From the NCBI GenBank assembly GCA_038496445.1, contig JALMLS010000323.1:88233-152232 (forward strand): a DNA stretch of 64,000 bases, written 5' to 3'. Source of the stretch: Trichosphaerium sp. ATCC 40318. Lineage: Eukaryota > Protista > Tubulinea. The position numbers and the translations under genes are program-made. Positions 23,870-37,142 of the stretch are shown here, in pieces. The notes beneath the pieces are model-generated. The model saw nothing but the letters and a program-made list of their open reading frames with translations, made no database searches and was not told the DNA's origin. Each line of letters starts with the position of its first letter. The first letter of the stretch is position 1.

Positions 23870-25037
23870 ACCCTATTTTTCTGTGTTCCGCAGCTTTTTT
23901 AACTCCTTTGGTTTAGCGTTTTCAGCTCATATTATGACGCCCACTAGTTCAGCCAAATTAGGGGTTATGAGTGCTTAGGTTGTGTTCAGAAAGGAGGATT
24001 TAAAATAAAATAAAATGTACAGTAAAGAAAAAGAGGATTAACTTGCGATTGGCATGGAACGCTAGTAACAGCATTGCTAGTGCTCCTTCAAAAGAGAAAC
24101 GGCATAAGGGATCTCTGAGACAAACCAAATGTTTAAAAAGGATGAGCTAAGGAGTCTGATAAAACATGTTTCAATCTCTCGTATTTTTGTGATTTGGCAA
24201 ACAGCATACATCTTCAAGTGTGGCTAGAACTGGTGGTGTCACTACTGCTCACTTTATATCATGTTACAAATTAGGAAGTACATGAGCCCCTTTGCACTGT
24301 AGATATAATGGTATGTTAGACAAATACAGAAGAGAAACTCTCTAATACATCATCCGCTAGATAGTTTGTCACCTCTCTATTTTAGCGTCATATTGCGACA
24401 ATACGAATTCATACTTGTTACACAATTTAGCTTGTGGTATTTGCGCGGAAATAGTTTGGAATGTGAACAGGCTCATTGTCTTTTTTTCGGTTTTATTCTC
24501 ACCAAAAAGAAATAACCGCAAGTGGTTTACTACCCTTGCACTCTCATTATTTGGTATATGTGGTTGTGTTGACACGTTATTATTTGCCCGCTATTGAAGA
24601 ATACAGCGAATTCGTCATGTTATCGTAGCTTTTATTTTACTATTTTTGTAGTGCATCACATGTGATACCGGACAATAAGTTTATGGCCTCCCGCGTATGT
24701 GATTTCATGCACGATTGTTGGTATATGTTACAACAGCTTGTAGGTTTTGCAGCTGTGAGCATCTGGTATTGCTACTCTCTGGAAACCGCCGTCACTTCAC
24801 TAAGGGTCACTAGCGCTAGAAAAGTTGCTAAGTTCTTGTAAAGCACATGTAAACAATAAGATACATCGCCATAACTTTGACTAGCGCTAGTTGCACTATT
24901 CCACGGTTTTATCAACAGCCCAAGAAATGTCACGTGATTCTTTATTTTGCTAAAAAACGCGAATTTTCCAACTAGCGCTGAAAAACAAGGAAAGTCATAA
25001 AATACATACAAGACCCAAAGCAACAACAGGTCCTGAA

Positions 25038-26363
25038 ATGAAAACACTACTCTTAGCAAGTATTGCGTTATTCTTTGTCCTCCATTTTGGTAACATAAAC
25101 ACTGCTGAAGTATGCGCCAACTACGGTCAAGTCGATACTGCATCACGTGATCTCTATGTCCTAAACAATGGATACAATATCGATGTATCTAAAGCGGATA
25201 TTTGTTGTTGGCTAGATAACGGCAATCGATGGGGTGGAAGGATTGACTTTAAACAAACAACAGGTGGAGCAGGCGTTTCAATAATGTGGGGTAAATGGCC
25301 GTTTTCTGCTATTTGGACTACCGGTAGTTATCCTATACATATCAATGCAGTAGAACCACAATACAGCGAATGGAACTTTAACCTTGGTAGCACCTCAGTT
25401 TCTAACTGGAACATGTACGTTCAATTGTGTACTCTTCTTTTTTGTGCTATTTTATTACCTTTTGTCGGGTTTGATCACGTGCTGACATGTTTTTCAGGTT
25501 TTGGGAGATATGGACGCAACCATGTCCTACAGCTGATTGTATAAGACAAGTAGCAGGAGACGTTATGGTTCATCCTAGATACGGAGAAGTAAGTCTTGGA
25601 CCAAAGTTTGGATCTGTAACTTTTGATGGTGTTTCATGGGATGTAGTAGCACAACCTCCAACAAATACAAGATCATATTACATCGTACACTACTACCGCA
25701 GACCTCAAACAACACGTACAGGTACGTTGAAAGAGTTTTCTTACTTTCTTCTAATTCTCTCTTTGTATAGGTCGTGTTAACCTTACACCTTTCTGGCGAC
25801 ATTCTAGAGACAACGGATGGGCTTCTGGATATGTCACTGGCATCACAGCTGGATTAGAAATGTCAAGAGGTCGTGGAAGTTTCACAACAACAAAATTTGT
25901 TTTGGATACAACACGTCCTACTGGATCTCCTCCACCGCCTATGTCATTTGTTCTCGATGGAAAACATCGTATGAGAGATACTTGGAATGGGCTGTACGCA
26001 ACAGCTGCTACAAGAGTAAATTTTGCTCAAATGAAGGTGAACAATAAACTCTCGCATCCAAGGCAAAAGTTCTTCTTTGAAAAGATTAGTGGTGATAGAT
26101 ACAGGATAAAGAATGAATGGACTAATAAGTATATCAATGCAGCTAATGATGTTCAATGGACACCACTAAACGGTTCACCAAGCGCTGCAGGAACAGCAGC
26201 ACAATGGGTAGCTCAGAAAATTGCAGGACAGAGGTATCGGTTCAGGAATGTCTGGAATGGCATGTACATCACATCAAGCGCAAACAACGACCAGAAGCTG
26301 CAACAAGCATACTTGAACACAGCATGGACATCTCAAATATGGAATATTGAGGACGCTAACTAA
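25038..26363 (+). CDS. Secreted GH12-like domain + ricin-type beta-trefoil (CBM13-like)
   Basis: Signal peptide; YVLNN, WNM-FWEIW, GDVMVH, GSVTFDGVSWDV, ITAGLE pattern of the GH12 fold; three YR.KN.W..Y / QxW subdomains after a P-rich linker. Confidence 0.7.
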
Positions 26364-26524
26364 TGGAAAATCGTGCTTTTGTTTGTATACAATAAAAATA
26401 CATCAATCATGCTCTTGAGTTTCTTTTACCTTTTAGTGCAATATATACAGTGTAGATAAGATCTAGATCAAGGAACATGACTTTTTGATCCGGTGCAATC
26501 TCGTTGAATAGTAGATAAACACAT

Positions 26525-26595
26525 GGGACAATGGTGTAACGGAAGCACATGGCATTGAAGGTGCTGCAGTTCAGGTTCGATTCCTGGTTGTCCCA
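26525..26595 (+). tRNA. tRNA with GAA anticodon (Phe), copy 2
   Basis: Same cloverleaf as 2407-2477 but with G1-C72. Confidence 0.8.
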
Positions 26596-26603
26596 CATAC
26601 GTT

Positions 26604-26691
26604 GCAGAGGTGCTCGAATTGGTTAATGAGGCTGCGTTAAGGACGCAGTGTGGTGTGTAACCACGTGTGGGTTCGAGTCCCACTCTCTGCA
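26604..26691 (+). tRNA. tRNA-Leu(AAG)
   Basis: Same acceptor, D and T arms as the Leu(CAA) copies; anticodon arm CTGCG-TT-AAG-GA-CGCAG; T7 terminator. Confidence 0.93.
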
Positions 26692-26908
26692 TTTTTTTGA
26701 TTATGACAGAAAAAGCAAGTTTATTGACATTTGAACAAAATAACACAAGCGCGTTGGGAAGAACGATTTAAAAAGTTCGCAGTTTAACACATAAAATAGA
26801 CGTTGAATCTTGGTAGCAACCATAAATTTGAAGCATTTTTAAACTGTTGGCAATACATATACAGAAGCAATAGAGTTTTATTATATTACAGGCCGACTAG
26901 GTCTATTC

Positions 26909-28658
26909 TTATGATCCTCCAGTAGAAAATTTAGATTGCAAAAACCCTGCCTCTTGCATTGCACGTTGACGCCTAATTAAGATGTGAGAAAAAATCCAGC
27001 AAGGCATCTATGACGTTTAAAAAAAAACAAGAAAAAAGAAAAAAAAAAAGAAAACTGTTCAGGCACACCTTGTCAAAAGGTGAACTCTGATAAGGCTTTT
27101 TGTTGTTGTTAATGTTAATAATCTTACTTCTTTGGATCTATTGTTCGTTTTATCAAATCTGTATCTCTATCCCAGTAAGGCTTAGAAGCCAAGAATGGAT
27201 TTTTTGGTTTTTTATCCTTTTTCTTTTTACTTTTCTTATGTCTTCTTTTATGCTTTTTATCTTTATGCCTCTTATGTTTATGCTTCTTATCTTTATGTTT
27301 CCGCCGTTTACTCTTTTTTCTTCTTCTATCACTATCACTACTACTGCTACTGCTCTCTGAGCTTGATGACTCTGAGCTACTGCTTTCATCAGAGTCCTTA
27401 TCTTTCTCTTCTAAATGCATTTCAAATAAAGATTTACTTCTATGTTTAGCCTAAGAAAAACATTTTAACATAAAGAATACAAGCAATCACGAATAAAAAA
27501 AAACCAAAAAAATCAGATTTCTAATTTTTTTTCGTCTCATCACAGAACTTTACAGCTCGAATGAAAATAATATTTTTATCACTAATAATAAAGCATAACA
27601 TATTTTTGTGAGGAGGAGGAATACAAAAGAATTTGAATGAATGTTCTGTATATACACAATAATGTATTGACAAAAAAAAAAAAAAAGATCCACGAAATTG
27701 AATCTCAAGTGTCAAAGTGTCACTTTTTTTTTCGTTTTGACTAATTTTGTTAGCAATACAATTATTACCACATTGAATATACAATAGAACTACTAGCGTT
27801 AACGTATATATTCGTTGCCTCACGGATAAAATAAAATAATAAAAAAAATGATATTTCTGTAAACTCGTACATTGTACTGTTTAATTTCAGCTTCTTCACG
27901 CTCTCTCTTCTCTCTAGCTATACGTTCTGCAACCATTTTCTGTGCATCTCTAATAGACGTTGTTTCTTTTTGTCCTGGAGTTTTTGTCCATGCTTCAGCA
28001 TCACGTTCACTAACACCAGACCTACTGAATCTTTTGACATTCTTTTGCATAATGTCTACAATAAAAGTAACAATTAATAACCGCAAACTCAATTATGAGG
28101 CTCTTTATCCATACCGAAATTAAGTGTTTTTCTTCTACCTTCTGGCATTTCTAACATCCATCCTTCGCGTGCTTTGGGTTTATGCTGAAACGGCAATTAT
28201 TTTTCTTTTAACATTGAATATACGTACAAGAGACGCGTTAGGATCACCACGAAGCCGTGCCCAGTCAGCTGCTGTATTTTTTACTTCTGGTTTTTTAGTT
28301 ACAGGTCTCAATAACTCGCTAAACGAAGGTCCTACTTGCTCTAAACCACCAATTAGCGGTTTTTGATATAAAAACAACAAACCTTTCTCTCCTTTCGAAA
28401 TTCGTCGTTTTTTGGGTTGTGGGGGCTTAGTATCGCTCGTATCATCTGATCCCTAACTTTATTAACGAAAGACGCCAGTAGTCGATCACGTACCGCGCCG
28501 AGCCTCAGCGGACCATCGTCGGGTTGCTTTCTTTTCTCTCCTTGCATTGCGAATAACCAAAAGAAGGAATGACATAACCGTCAAGCGCATTCTCTCCTTA
28601 AACTAAATTTCCAATGTACGCGGTATTTCTGCGGTTACTCACTTGCTGAGAAACTCAT
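26909..28658 (-). CDS. GPALPP1-like / DUF3752 protein (intact copy)
   Basis: Spliced: AREGWMLEMP, EAWTKTP, IKQYN-AKHRSKSLFEMH, PYWDRDTDL, LQSKFSTG. Confidence 0.75.
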
Positions 28659-28942
28659 ATTGCTTTTAAATTTGTCCGTTGCCTCTCGTTACAAAAACAT
28701 GGCTTCATTCTTGATGTTCACTCTACACTTTCTGCCTATGGACCTAAATATGCTTGGATCCAAGCCTAATCGGTACATCAAGAATTGTTCCGTAAAAGGA
28801 CTTTATTCATTGATTTCAATTCAAAAACACCACAATTGTAACGGACAGTTGTGACTTGTGTGGTAACTAGTTTATTATCTATCTACAAACACTTAAACAC
28901 ATACAATCGCTTGATAGCGATATACACACGGAGTCTCTCTAA

Positions 28943-29151
28943 GCACATGTATCAGGATTTAAAGAAGGAAGTTTAGGATTTGATACATTCCTCAGAGGAA
29001 GAAGAAGAAGAGTTGTATTCTCAAGAACAGGTCCAGGTTATCAATCATGGATAACTGTTGAAAGAGAATTGGGTCTTGTACCAGCTGGTACCTTTGATTT
29101 CCAAATTGTGTTCAAGCTTGGTATTAACTTGAACTTTCGAAATTGTAAGAA
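28943..29151 (+). pseudogene. 3' remnant of the CBM6-like-domain gene (intact 3' end at 52900-53120)
   Basis: Near-identical to the reverse complement of 52905-53118 with small frameshifting deletions; rest of gene replaced by ~105 bp of unrelated sequence (28837-28942). Confidence 0.88.
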
Positions 29152-29377
29152 TAACAACTTTTATTTGTTTGGGTAAAACGGTTCAACTTAATGATCTTCC
29201 GAATTTAAGTAGTATTCATTAGTATTCATGACTAGCACTAATTCATTGTTCATGCATGTTAGGCTGCAACAGTAAACTGCGAAACTTTTTAGAAAGTCTG
29301 TGGATTGGTGTCACACTTTTGTCAATTGAAGTAAAATTTCTTTTCTTTTTTATCCTTTTACACGTGATTAGTCATTC

Positions 29378-32332
29378 ATGGCAAAAGTACATTGGTTGGT
29401 TTTACTAGTGCTAGCTTTATCGTATTGCGAGATAATAGTTGTTGGCCCTGAAACGCCAAATACACGCTATGCATCGAGAAAACTTCAAAACTTTTTAACT
29501 ACTGAGCGTTCCCAATGGTACGTAAGGGTTAGAGTCTATATTTTGTTTGTAAACGTGATGTGATGTTGTTGTACGTTAACGGCTTCAAACAGGGAAGTAG
29601 TACAATTTGATGAGCTAAAACACTCTGAAAGAACATTTTCATCGCAAGAACACGTGATTGGAGTCGTTATTGGTTTAAACGATGCTAGACAATTACTGAG
29701 AACTTTCGGCATTTTTACACCTAAACTAGACGAATCTAATATTACCATGGAAGGCTACATTGTATCAACACATGTAACTGAGGTACGTTTCTATTGAGAA
29801 AGTTAAGTAGAATGTTCGGTAGCTTTTTGATCGTTTTCACGTGCGATGTAGACAGTCAAATTGACTTGCGTGTATTCAAATTCTGGTCGCGGTTTGATTT
29901 ATGGTGTACAAGATGTGATAGAGCAAATGAAGCTCGCTGTAGTTTTGAATGATGTTTCAGAAGCCAGTCTTGATTCTGTTTCGGACAAGATTGTTGTTGG
30001 AGCTCGCTTTGAGTACAGGGCACTTAAAATAAACATCCCTTGGAACCCTTACAGAGAAGGTATGAATCTTTAAAAGACACTCCAAAAAGAAAAAGTATAA
30101 ATCTTGTCACGTGCATCTAACAAGCCGAAAATAGGAATTGCTACCTCTCAACATATTCCAACGTTCAAGAATCTTACTTTTTGGGACGCCTATCTTGATA
30201 TGATGGTTGAGAATCGTTTTAACGTCTTATCGTTATGGGGTCTTCATCCTTATCCGTTTATGCTCGAACTAGAAAAATGGCCAAAAGCATGCCAATTTGA
30301 TACAAAAACTCTAGCAGAATGGAAGCTTTATTGGCACGGGCTATTTGATAGAGCACATGAACGCGCCATTGATACATTTATAATAGACTGGTACTCTAAA
30401 AACATAGCTTAGTATTACTTTGTGTAATTTATGTGTTAAGGAATATCTTTGTTTCGGATGGGTACGCTGCTGCGTATGATAAAGGTAACTCAACGGTTTT
30501 TGTTCCCGTTTGTGAAGTTGTAACAAAAACACAGGCGCTTGGACAGATACGTATCATGGTGCTCATAAAGCAATAGAATCTGTTGATTACCAGCAAGAGA
30601 GTGTATACCAGATGCTAAAAGAATACCCTAACATTGGTGGTATAGGATGGGTATGTGGGATTTTTTTGAAAGGAAACCTGTTACGTAACAGCATCTTTAG
30701 GAATTAGCTGAAGCAATGAATGGAATCTCAATACCAGATCGTATCAATTATGGAAATACCAAGTACTTTGGTGCTGTTGCTAGAGCGAACAGATCAGTAT
30801 CTATAATATACAGAGATCCTCAGTTAGGTAAAGATGCAAGTCAAGTAAGGAAAACAATGGAAGAAATGAGCGAAAAACTAAAAATACCAATCTACCTCCA
30901 AGTAAAGTTCGACTGGAGTCACGGGTGTGTACAATACAAATATGTACTATTTGGCTTTAATTAATGTTTAAATAATAGGCATGGTACTACAATGCTCGTA
31001 CATTCTGGAAGTGATTCATCTAATACAACAACGAAAATTTACTGGGATCCTCCACCAACAAAGTACAAACTAGTTTTTCTTTAATATTTGACCTCCGAGT
31101 ACTTCTTCATTCTTTAAAAGCAAACGAGACAAAAAATTCCAGGGCTTCCAATATCACTTCTAGAGTTTCGACGCTTGCGGATTTTTACCTTTTCTGCAAT
31201 ACTATATCGCTACTCACAACGCTTACTGTTTTTCAAAAATAGATACAAAGTCACGTGGATGGTAAGAAATGAGGACTTCTTCTTTCTTAGATGGGGCGGT
31301 TCAGATTTTATAAAGCGTCATATAGCAAATAATGGGTTTGATTGGGTCGCAGGGTATGTAACAGGATCAGAAGGACTCATACCTGCTCTGGAATACGCAG
31401 AACAAAAAAAATACCAAACATGGAATTTTATGTTCGAAAGACAATGGCTTTTCTACATGCAGGTTAGTCTTGTTAGCTCTCAATAGTCAAAAAAACATCA
31501 CCAATAGTATCTTTGTATTCGCTAACATAGCTTTTCTTCAGTGGGGACGGTTGTTGTATGATCCAAATACGTCATCAGATGTCTTTGCTCAAAAGTTTGC
31601 TTCTAAATATGGCACAACACTTGATGTTGCTTCAACAATGTTGCAAGCGATAGACCAAGTTGGAACTGTACCTTTGTCTATTGTTAGATTCGTAGAAAGC
31701 CAATCCGATTTTACGTTACACAGTGAAGCGTTTATAGCTCATTCTAAGTTTATCACTATTGATACGCTTATTGCTTCTCCAACTCTTGATCCTCTGCTTC
31801 AAAACATCCAAAAATTTGTCGATGGTGATAGTCCAGGTAATGCTCAAACGCCTGATCTATTTGCTTTGGAAGTAGAAAAAAATTGTAGTAGTGGATTGGC
31901 TCTGCTGAATAAGGTCAGATCATCGCTACCAGCGTCTGCTCATTTGGAAGTTGCGGTAAGAATTTCTCAGTTTTTTCTTGTTTTTTACATAGAAATCCTT
32001 CGCTTACTCACCCTTTATTTTTGTTGTAGGATATTGATTCCTGGGTAGCTTTGGGACGGTATTTTTCTTCAAAAATCAATGGCGGTATTGCGTTGGCGAA
32101 GTACAGAAAGAATGGAGATAAAGATGAAAAGACAAAAGCTGTTAATTATTTAACGCAAGCACTCGATCAATGGCAAAACCTTGTTAATGCTACGGAATCT
32201 CATTTGAGAGTTGGTATCAACTTGCTAGACCTTGGCGCAAGAGGTACAGGTCCTAATGAGAATAAGAAATACGCATGGAGTGATCAAATTGAGCTTGTTA
32301 AAAAAGACATCCAAACAGCTCAGACCGCATAA
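29378..32332 (+). CDS. Secreted putative glycoside hydrolase (GH20/GH67-type N-terminal domain + bacterial-like catalytic region)
   Basis: Signal peptide; EGYIV...GRGLIYGV N-domain; FEYRALKINIPW, FWDAYLDMMVENRFNVLSLWGLHPYP, WMVRNEDFFFLRWG. Confidence 0.7.
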
Positions 32333-32523
32333 ACAAAGTTTGCATTAAAATGAACTCCCCAAGTAGACTATAGTTGTATTGTTTTGTTTTCACCTAAGAC
32401 CTTATACGATCTATCAGTTTGAATCAAGCACTTGATATCGTAATCCTTTTTATTTTTGAACTTTTTTTGAATGTATATTTTCTTGGTTTTCTGTTGTTTT
32501 TGGATTTTTCGTTGCTTTCTGCT

Positions 32524-33556
32524 TTAGTTGAGGTATACTTTCATCACTTGAGTGATTTGAACACGACACATTGGGCATGGTTTATTCGTAAATTTAGGAG
32601 CGCATTCAGAACACATAACGACATGACCACATGGTATACAAGCATGTGAAGCTTCTTGATCAAGGCAAACCTAATAAGTCTTTAACAACAAATACTAAAT
32701 GATTGGACGCTTTTACAGCATATCACGTGTTAATCACACAGTAAATCACCGACATAAATACTGCGATATCAAGCAAGTAAAAACTGACGTACCACACACT
32801 CGCTAGCTTCTTCAGAATTCTGTTTTTCTATTTTTTCTTTTTTTGCTAATTCCAACTTTTCTATTTCTGTCTTGTGCTGAATAATCAACTTATTAATCTC
32901 CATTATAGTCAAACTATCATAATCTCCTTTAATAATTTGAGTCATTTCAGTAGGACCATTTGATGTAATGGTCCCTGTTGATGAAGAAACAGTTGGATTC
33001 ATGTTTTGGTTTGGTGTTGTCATCATCGAGTTATTTGCGTTAGTGCTGTTGTTCTGAGTATGCTTTTGCTCTGCTAGCTTTGTTCTATGATCTTTTGAGC
33101 AACACAAGTAGTATCGCTTCTTTATGATATTGAATTGAACTGCCTCTGTACAACCTACAAAAAGATTAAAGCCGTTCAACGAAACAGAACAAGAATTGAA
33201 AAATAATTGATATAGATAGTACCTTCAAGGGCACAAAAGCGTTGTGTACGATGAGGCGTGTGGTTATTGTATTTTGACCTTGGTTTGTGTTGATGACCCC
33301 GATTATGGTTTGAGTAGGTAGAATGAATTAAACTAGAGCGTTGAGGGTAATTTCTAGATCGTGAGTGCCCTTGATGATGCGAATGGCTTAATCTATGCCC
33401 TGAGTCGTTATTGTTACTCCAATCACCACCTTGCGCGTTTTGGTTTCCATAGCGGTACCTTTTGTAGCATTCACTACAATAAGAATGTACTTTATGGCCC
33501 CTCCTAGCCTTGGGGTTTGCACAACCAGGTGTTTGACAGTTCATATACGGTTCCAT
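32524..33556 (-). CDS. C-terminal RING-HC E3 ligase
   Basis: ECVVCLDQEASHACIPCGHVVMCSECA...CPMCR. Confidence 0.85.
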
Positions 33557-33770
33557 GCGTGTGTAAGAACTTTTGTTTGAATTGGTTAAACAACTTCAAT
33601 AATTCAGAAAACTCGCCACAAATTCAGTTATATCCGAAGTACTACTCATGTATTAAAAGTAAGTTTTGAGGTATAATGGAGATATTCAGCAAAGTGTCAC
33701 AACAATGTCTGTTGGACTTAACTAGGGCCTTTCAGTGATTAGAATTATACATGCAAGACACTCACCTTGT

Positions 33771-35475
33771 ATGCAATTTTACGACATGGCAACACCTCAA
33801 ACACAACCGTCATTTATAAATGAAGTTATAGACGATATAATATCCGATGTTTGTACTCATAGTGATGCGTACCAGAAATTTGTTGATACATTGCAAAAAC
33901 CTGAAAATTTGACGTCACATCGTCTTATTGTGCCGCTGTTGAACAGTAAAAAATACAAAACAAAGTCATCAGAAGATGGACACGTTTTAGTGCAATCTAA
34001 ATCGCTACGACAGCGTAGAAATAACAGTTGTGGGTATTACGGCTTGTTTAACGCATCTGTAATTGTAGCCGCCATTATCGCGAAAGACGAGTCTTGGATG
34101 AAAGGTGAGAGGCTGAAATCGCGTAACAGTGGTTTAAAACGCTATGTGTAACCGAAAAACTCAGTAGTTGGTATTTTTAGTTTGACACTTTACTAACCCT
34201 TCGTTTCAGAGCTATTGAACCTTCATCGCGACCGTAGCTTCTTTTGGAGAAACTACACAACAAACATCGACTTACTCCTTGACCATGCAGCCGAAAAACG
34301 AAAAAACGGATCAAACTGGTATCCCTGGATTGATAAAGACATAAAATGTGGTACGGTTAGCTTCAATCTTTTGATACAGCTTGTTGTTAATCGGTTTATT
34401 GTTAGGCGTAATGGAGCGTCCTTACTTAAATTTCTTGCTTGATAATGATCCCATTATGAAGGCACTTCGCGCTCATCCTCATGTTGGTATTACAAACCTT
34501 CCGGAGTTTGGTTTAGGCTCTTTAAAATGCAACGCTTGTTCAAGCAGACTTGACATTCTTGAGGGTATTTTTGATGATTTCAGAACTCACGACAAGTACA
34601 CACACATGTTCATTATGGGACAGACATGTCATTGGTACGAAAAAGAATCGTCTGAATAATAGAATTGCAACACTCTTCGAAGCAAGATTTTTTTTTCAAA
34701 AGCTAAATGATTCTTTAGGGTTAGTGTTGTCATTAATAAATGTGGTGATAAAGTTGAAACTTTATTTTTTGACTCTAGAAACCACTTTTCTCTAGACATG
34801 TCAAAAAAAGATATTCTGGAGCACATAGATAAGCGGATGGAAGGTTACAAGCCAATTACTGATTTTAAAAGAAAAGTTTGGATTCAAAGTATTGAAGACT
34901 CACAATACGTTGTCCCATTATTACATAATTGTGCTACAGGCAAATCAAAGGTACACCAGCAAACCCACAGCAACTTCAGTTTTGTCATATCCAGCGTACA
35001 AAGACGTTATTTTTTGACACATTTGTAGATTACAACAGAATTGCTTTCACTTAATTTTGACGGATTTTTAAACCGCTATAAAACAGTCGTAGTGGCACCA
35101 ACTGAGGATGAAGAATGGTTAGTTCAATTAATACACTGGTTAGAACATTACTACCCACCAGCCATTATTGAGTCAAGTATCATCGTACGTCCTTTGCACG
35201 TGGTTTTGTAACAGAGTTTAAATTGTTGCTATATCGACTTTCCAACTTCTCGTCGAAACTCCCTGTCTCCAAATTAGCACCTAATTGACCTTCAATAGAA
35301 ACCACTTGAAATGTATGGTATTACTTCTTTACGAGACAATATAAAGGTAGAGTTAATCGCATGGGCATCTAACATTTGGCGCAAAGTTAATTTTTCAAAA
35401 CCTAAAGTTACTGTCATTGCTCGTTTTCATAATACAATGCAATGGTTCAAGAAAAACTTACTACCACATACATAA
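33771..35475 (+). CDS. Hypothetical protein, possible papain-fold cysteine peptidase
   Basis: QRRNNSCGYY, then CHW-VSVV...FFDSRN (C...H...D order). Confidence 0.5.
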
Positions 35476-35683
35476 ACAATAAAACTACCGCAATCTCAAC
35501 AATATAAAAACAGAACAAAAAAATGTACAAAAACAAAGAATTGTAAATTAAATCAAGAAAGATTTTGACCGCAATTCCACGTTCTTGATTAACCAAAAGG
35601 CTTAAAAAGCAAATTAATATTATTCCCATACGCTATTTGTACTATTTATATCCATTAAAGCGCAAAAAACGTAATCTCAAGAG

Positions 35684-37142
35684 ATGACGGATGTAAATGA
35701 AGACAGCTTAACCAAATATCGTAAAGAACCATATCAAGAAGGTTTATACGTATCTAACTTGCTTTCACTCCCTCCCGAACTACAACATTGCATACTAAAC
35801 AAATTAAACCATCAGCGCTCTCTATTTCAAGCGTCTGTAACTTGTACACGTTTACGTCAGATTGCTGCTCTATCAACGTTATTCAGATTATGTACAAAGC
35901 CTTCCTACCACGTACGTTATCCCTAAACGCAGTACAGACGCATTTTGACGCTAACACGCTTAATAGAAAGCAAGTGAGCTTGTTTTTGGCTGTGAGCACT
36001 ACAGCAGAGGGTGCAAGCCACTAGCACCATGCTGTAAAAAGCTGTATAGTTGTCGGTTCTGTCACGATAAGGCTGAAGATCACAAAATAGATAGGTACCT
36101 CAAAAAACGCCTTTTACGATTTTTATTGTTAAAATCTCAGCCTCGCTGATTCCACAATTTAAAAGATTGAACGGCCTAAGGCTTGTGTAAAGTATCACGT
36201 ATTTTTAAAAGCAACATAAGCGTACAAGACTGTAATAGTCAGAACAGTGCGAATCTAACTACACTAAAAAAACCCGAACAGTTTTCATTGAAAATTCCGT
36301 TGGTTTTGGCCTTTCACGTGATGTCTTCGTAATTTAATAACTTTATTTTAGATATGCTGTAAAGCAAGTCTTTTGCTATACCTGTGACCACCTTGTACCA
36401 CAGGGTGAAACATGTACAAATTGCGGTACAAGGTTCGCTCGATATTATTGTGGTATTTGTAAATTTTGGGATGATACAGTACGCCCTTGTCTTTTGACCA
36501 ACACCTCTTTAAACCATGCTTATTTATTATTATTAGGAAAGCAAGGATATATATCATTGCAAGCACTGTGGTCTATGTAGAATAGGTATGTCGTTCACAT
36601 CTATAGCCTTTTCAATTGGTTGTAGTTCAATTGTTTAATAACGGTCATAGGTCGCGGTTTAGATGTCGATTTTAGCCATTGTCATACATGTGGTGTTTGC
36701 ATGAGTAAAAGGTACAACTTTTTTTTCGCTACTCTTGAGCTTTTGAGCAAGCATGTGTCTATTAAAAGCTTTTGCAAAAAAAAAAATTAGTCGTTTTAGT
36801 ATAACTTTTATCAGTCACTGCCTCATTACCAAAGTCATACATGGTACTAACATAAAATAATTTAGGTTATATCCAACTCATAAATGCATTCCTGGTAATA
36901 ATAAGGCAACATGCCCTATTTGTAAAGAGTCAGTATTTTTTTCTGTAAAACCTGTACATTTTTTACTTTGTGGACATTTGATTCATTTCGAGTGCTTACA
37001 CAAGTACAATATGGAAAAAATAGCACCCGGAGCAGTTCTTGATTGTCCGAGGTGTGATGAAGAAAAAGAGGAGAAGGAGAAGGCTAAAAAAGAGGGAAGT
37101 AATGAAGAATGTAAAATATCGCATATAAAGGCAACAAATTAA
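35684..37142 (+). CDS. F-box + CHY zinc finger + RING (RCHY1/Pirh2-like)
   Basis: LLSLPPELQHCIL F-box; CEHYSRGCKPLAPCCKKLYSCRFCHD CHY; CPICKE...TCGHLIHFECL...CPRC RING. Confidence 0.8.

Larger units (their letters stand above)
26048..29522. repeat. Segmental duplication, copy A
   Basis: Colinear but diverged similarity to the reverse complement of 51841-53120 and 57120-58810. Confidence 0.9.

Noticed and set aside
27200-27390. Tandem repeat or CRISPR-like array
   Set aside because: Low-complexity Ser and Lys/His/Arg coding exon; no repeat-spacer structure anywhere in the window
27451-27868. snoRNA in the long intron retained in both duplicates
   Set aside because: No convincing C/D or H/ACA boxes; the similarity is explained by the duplication
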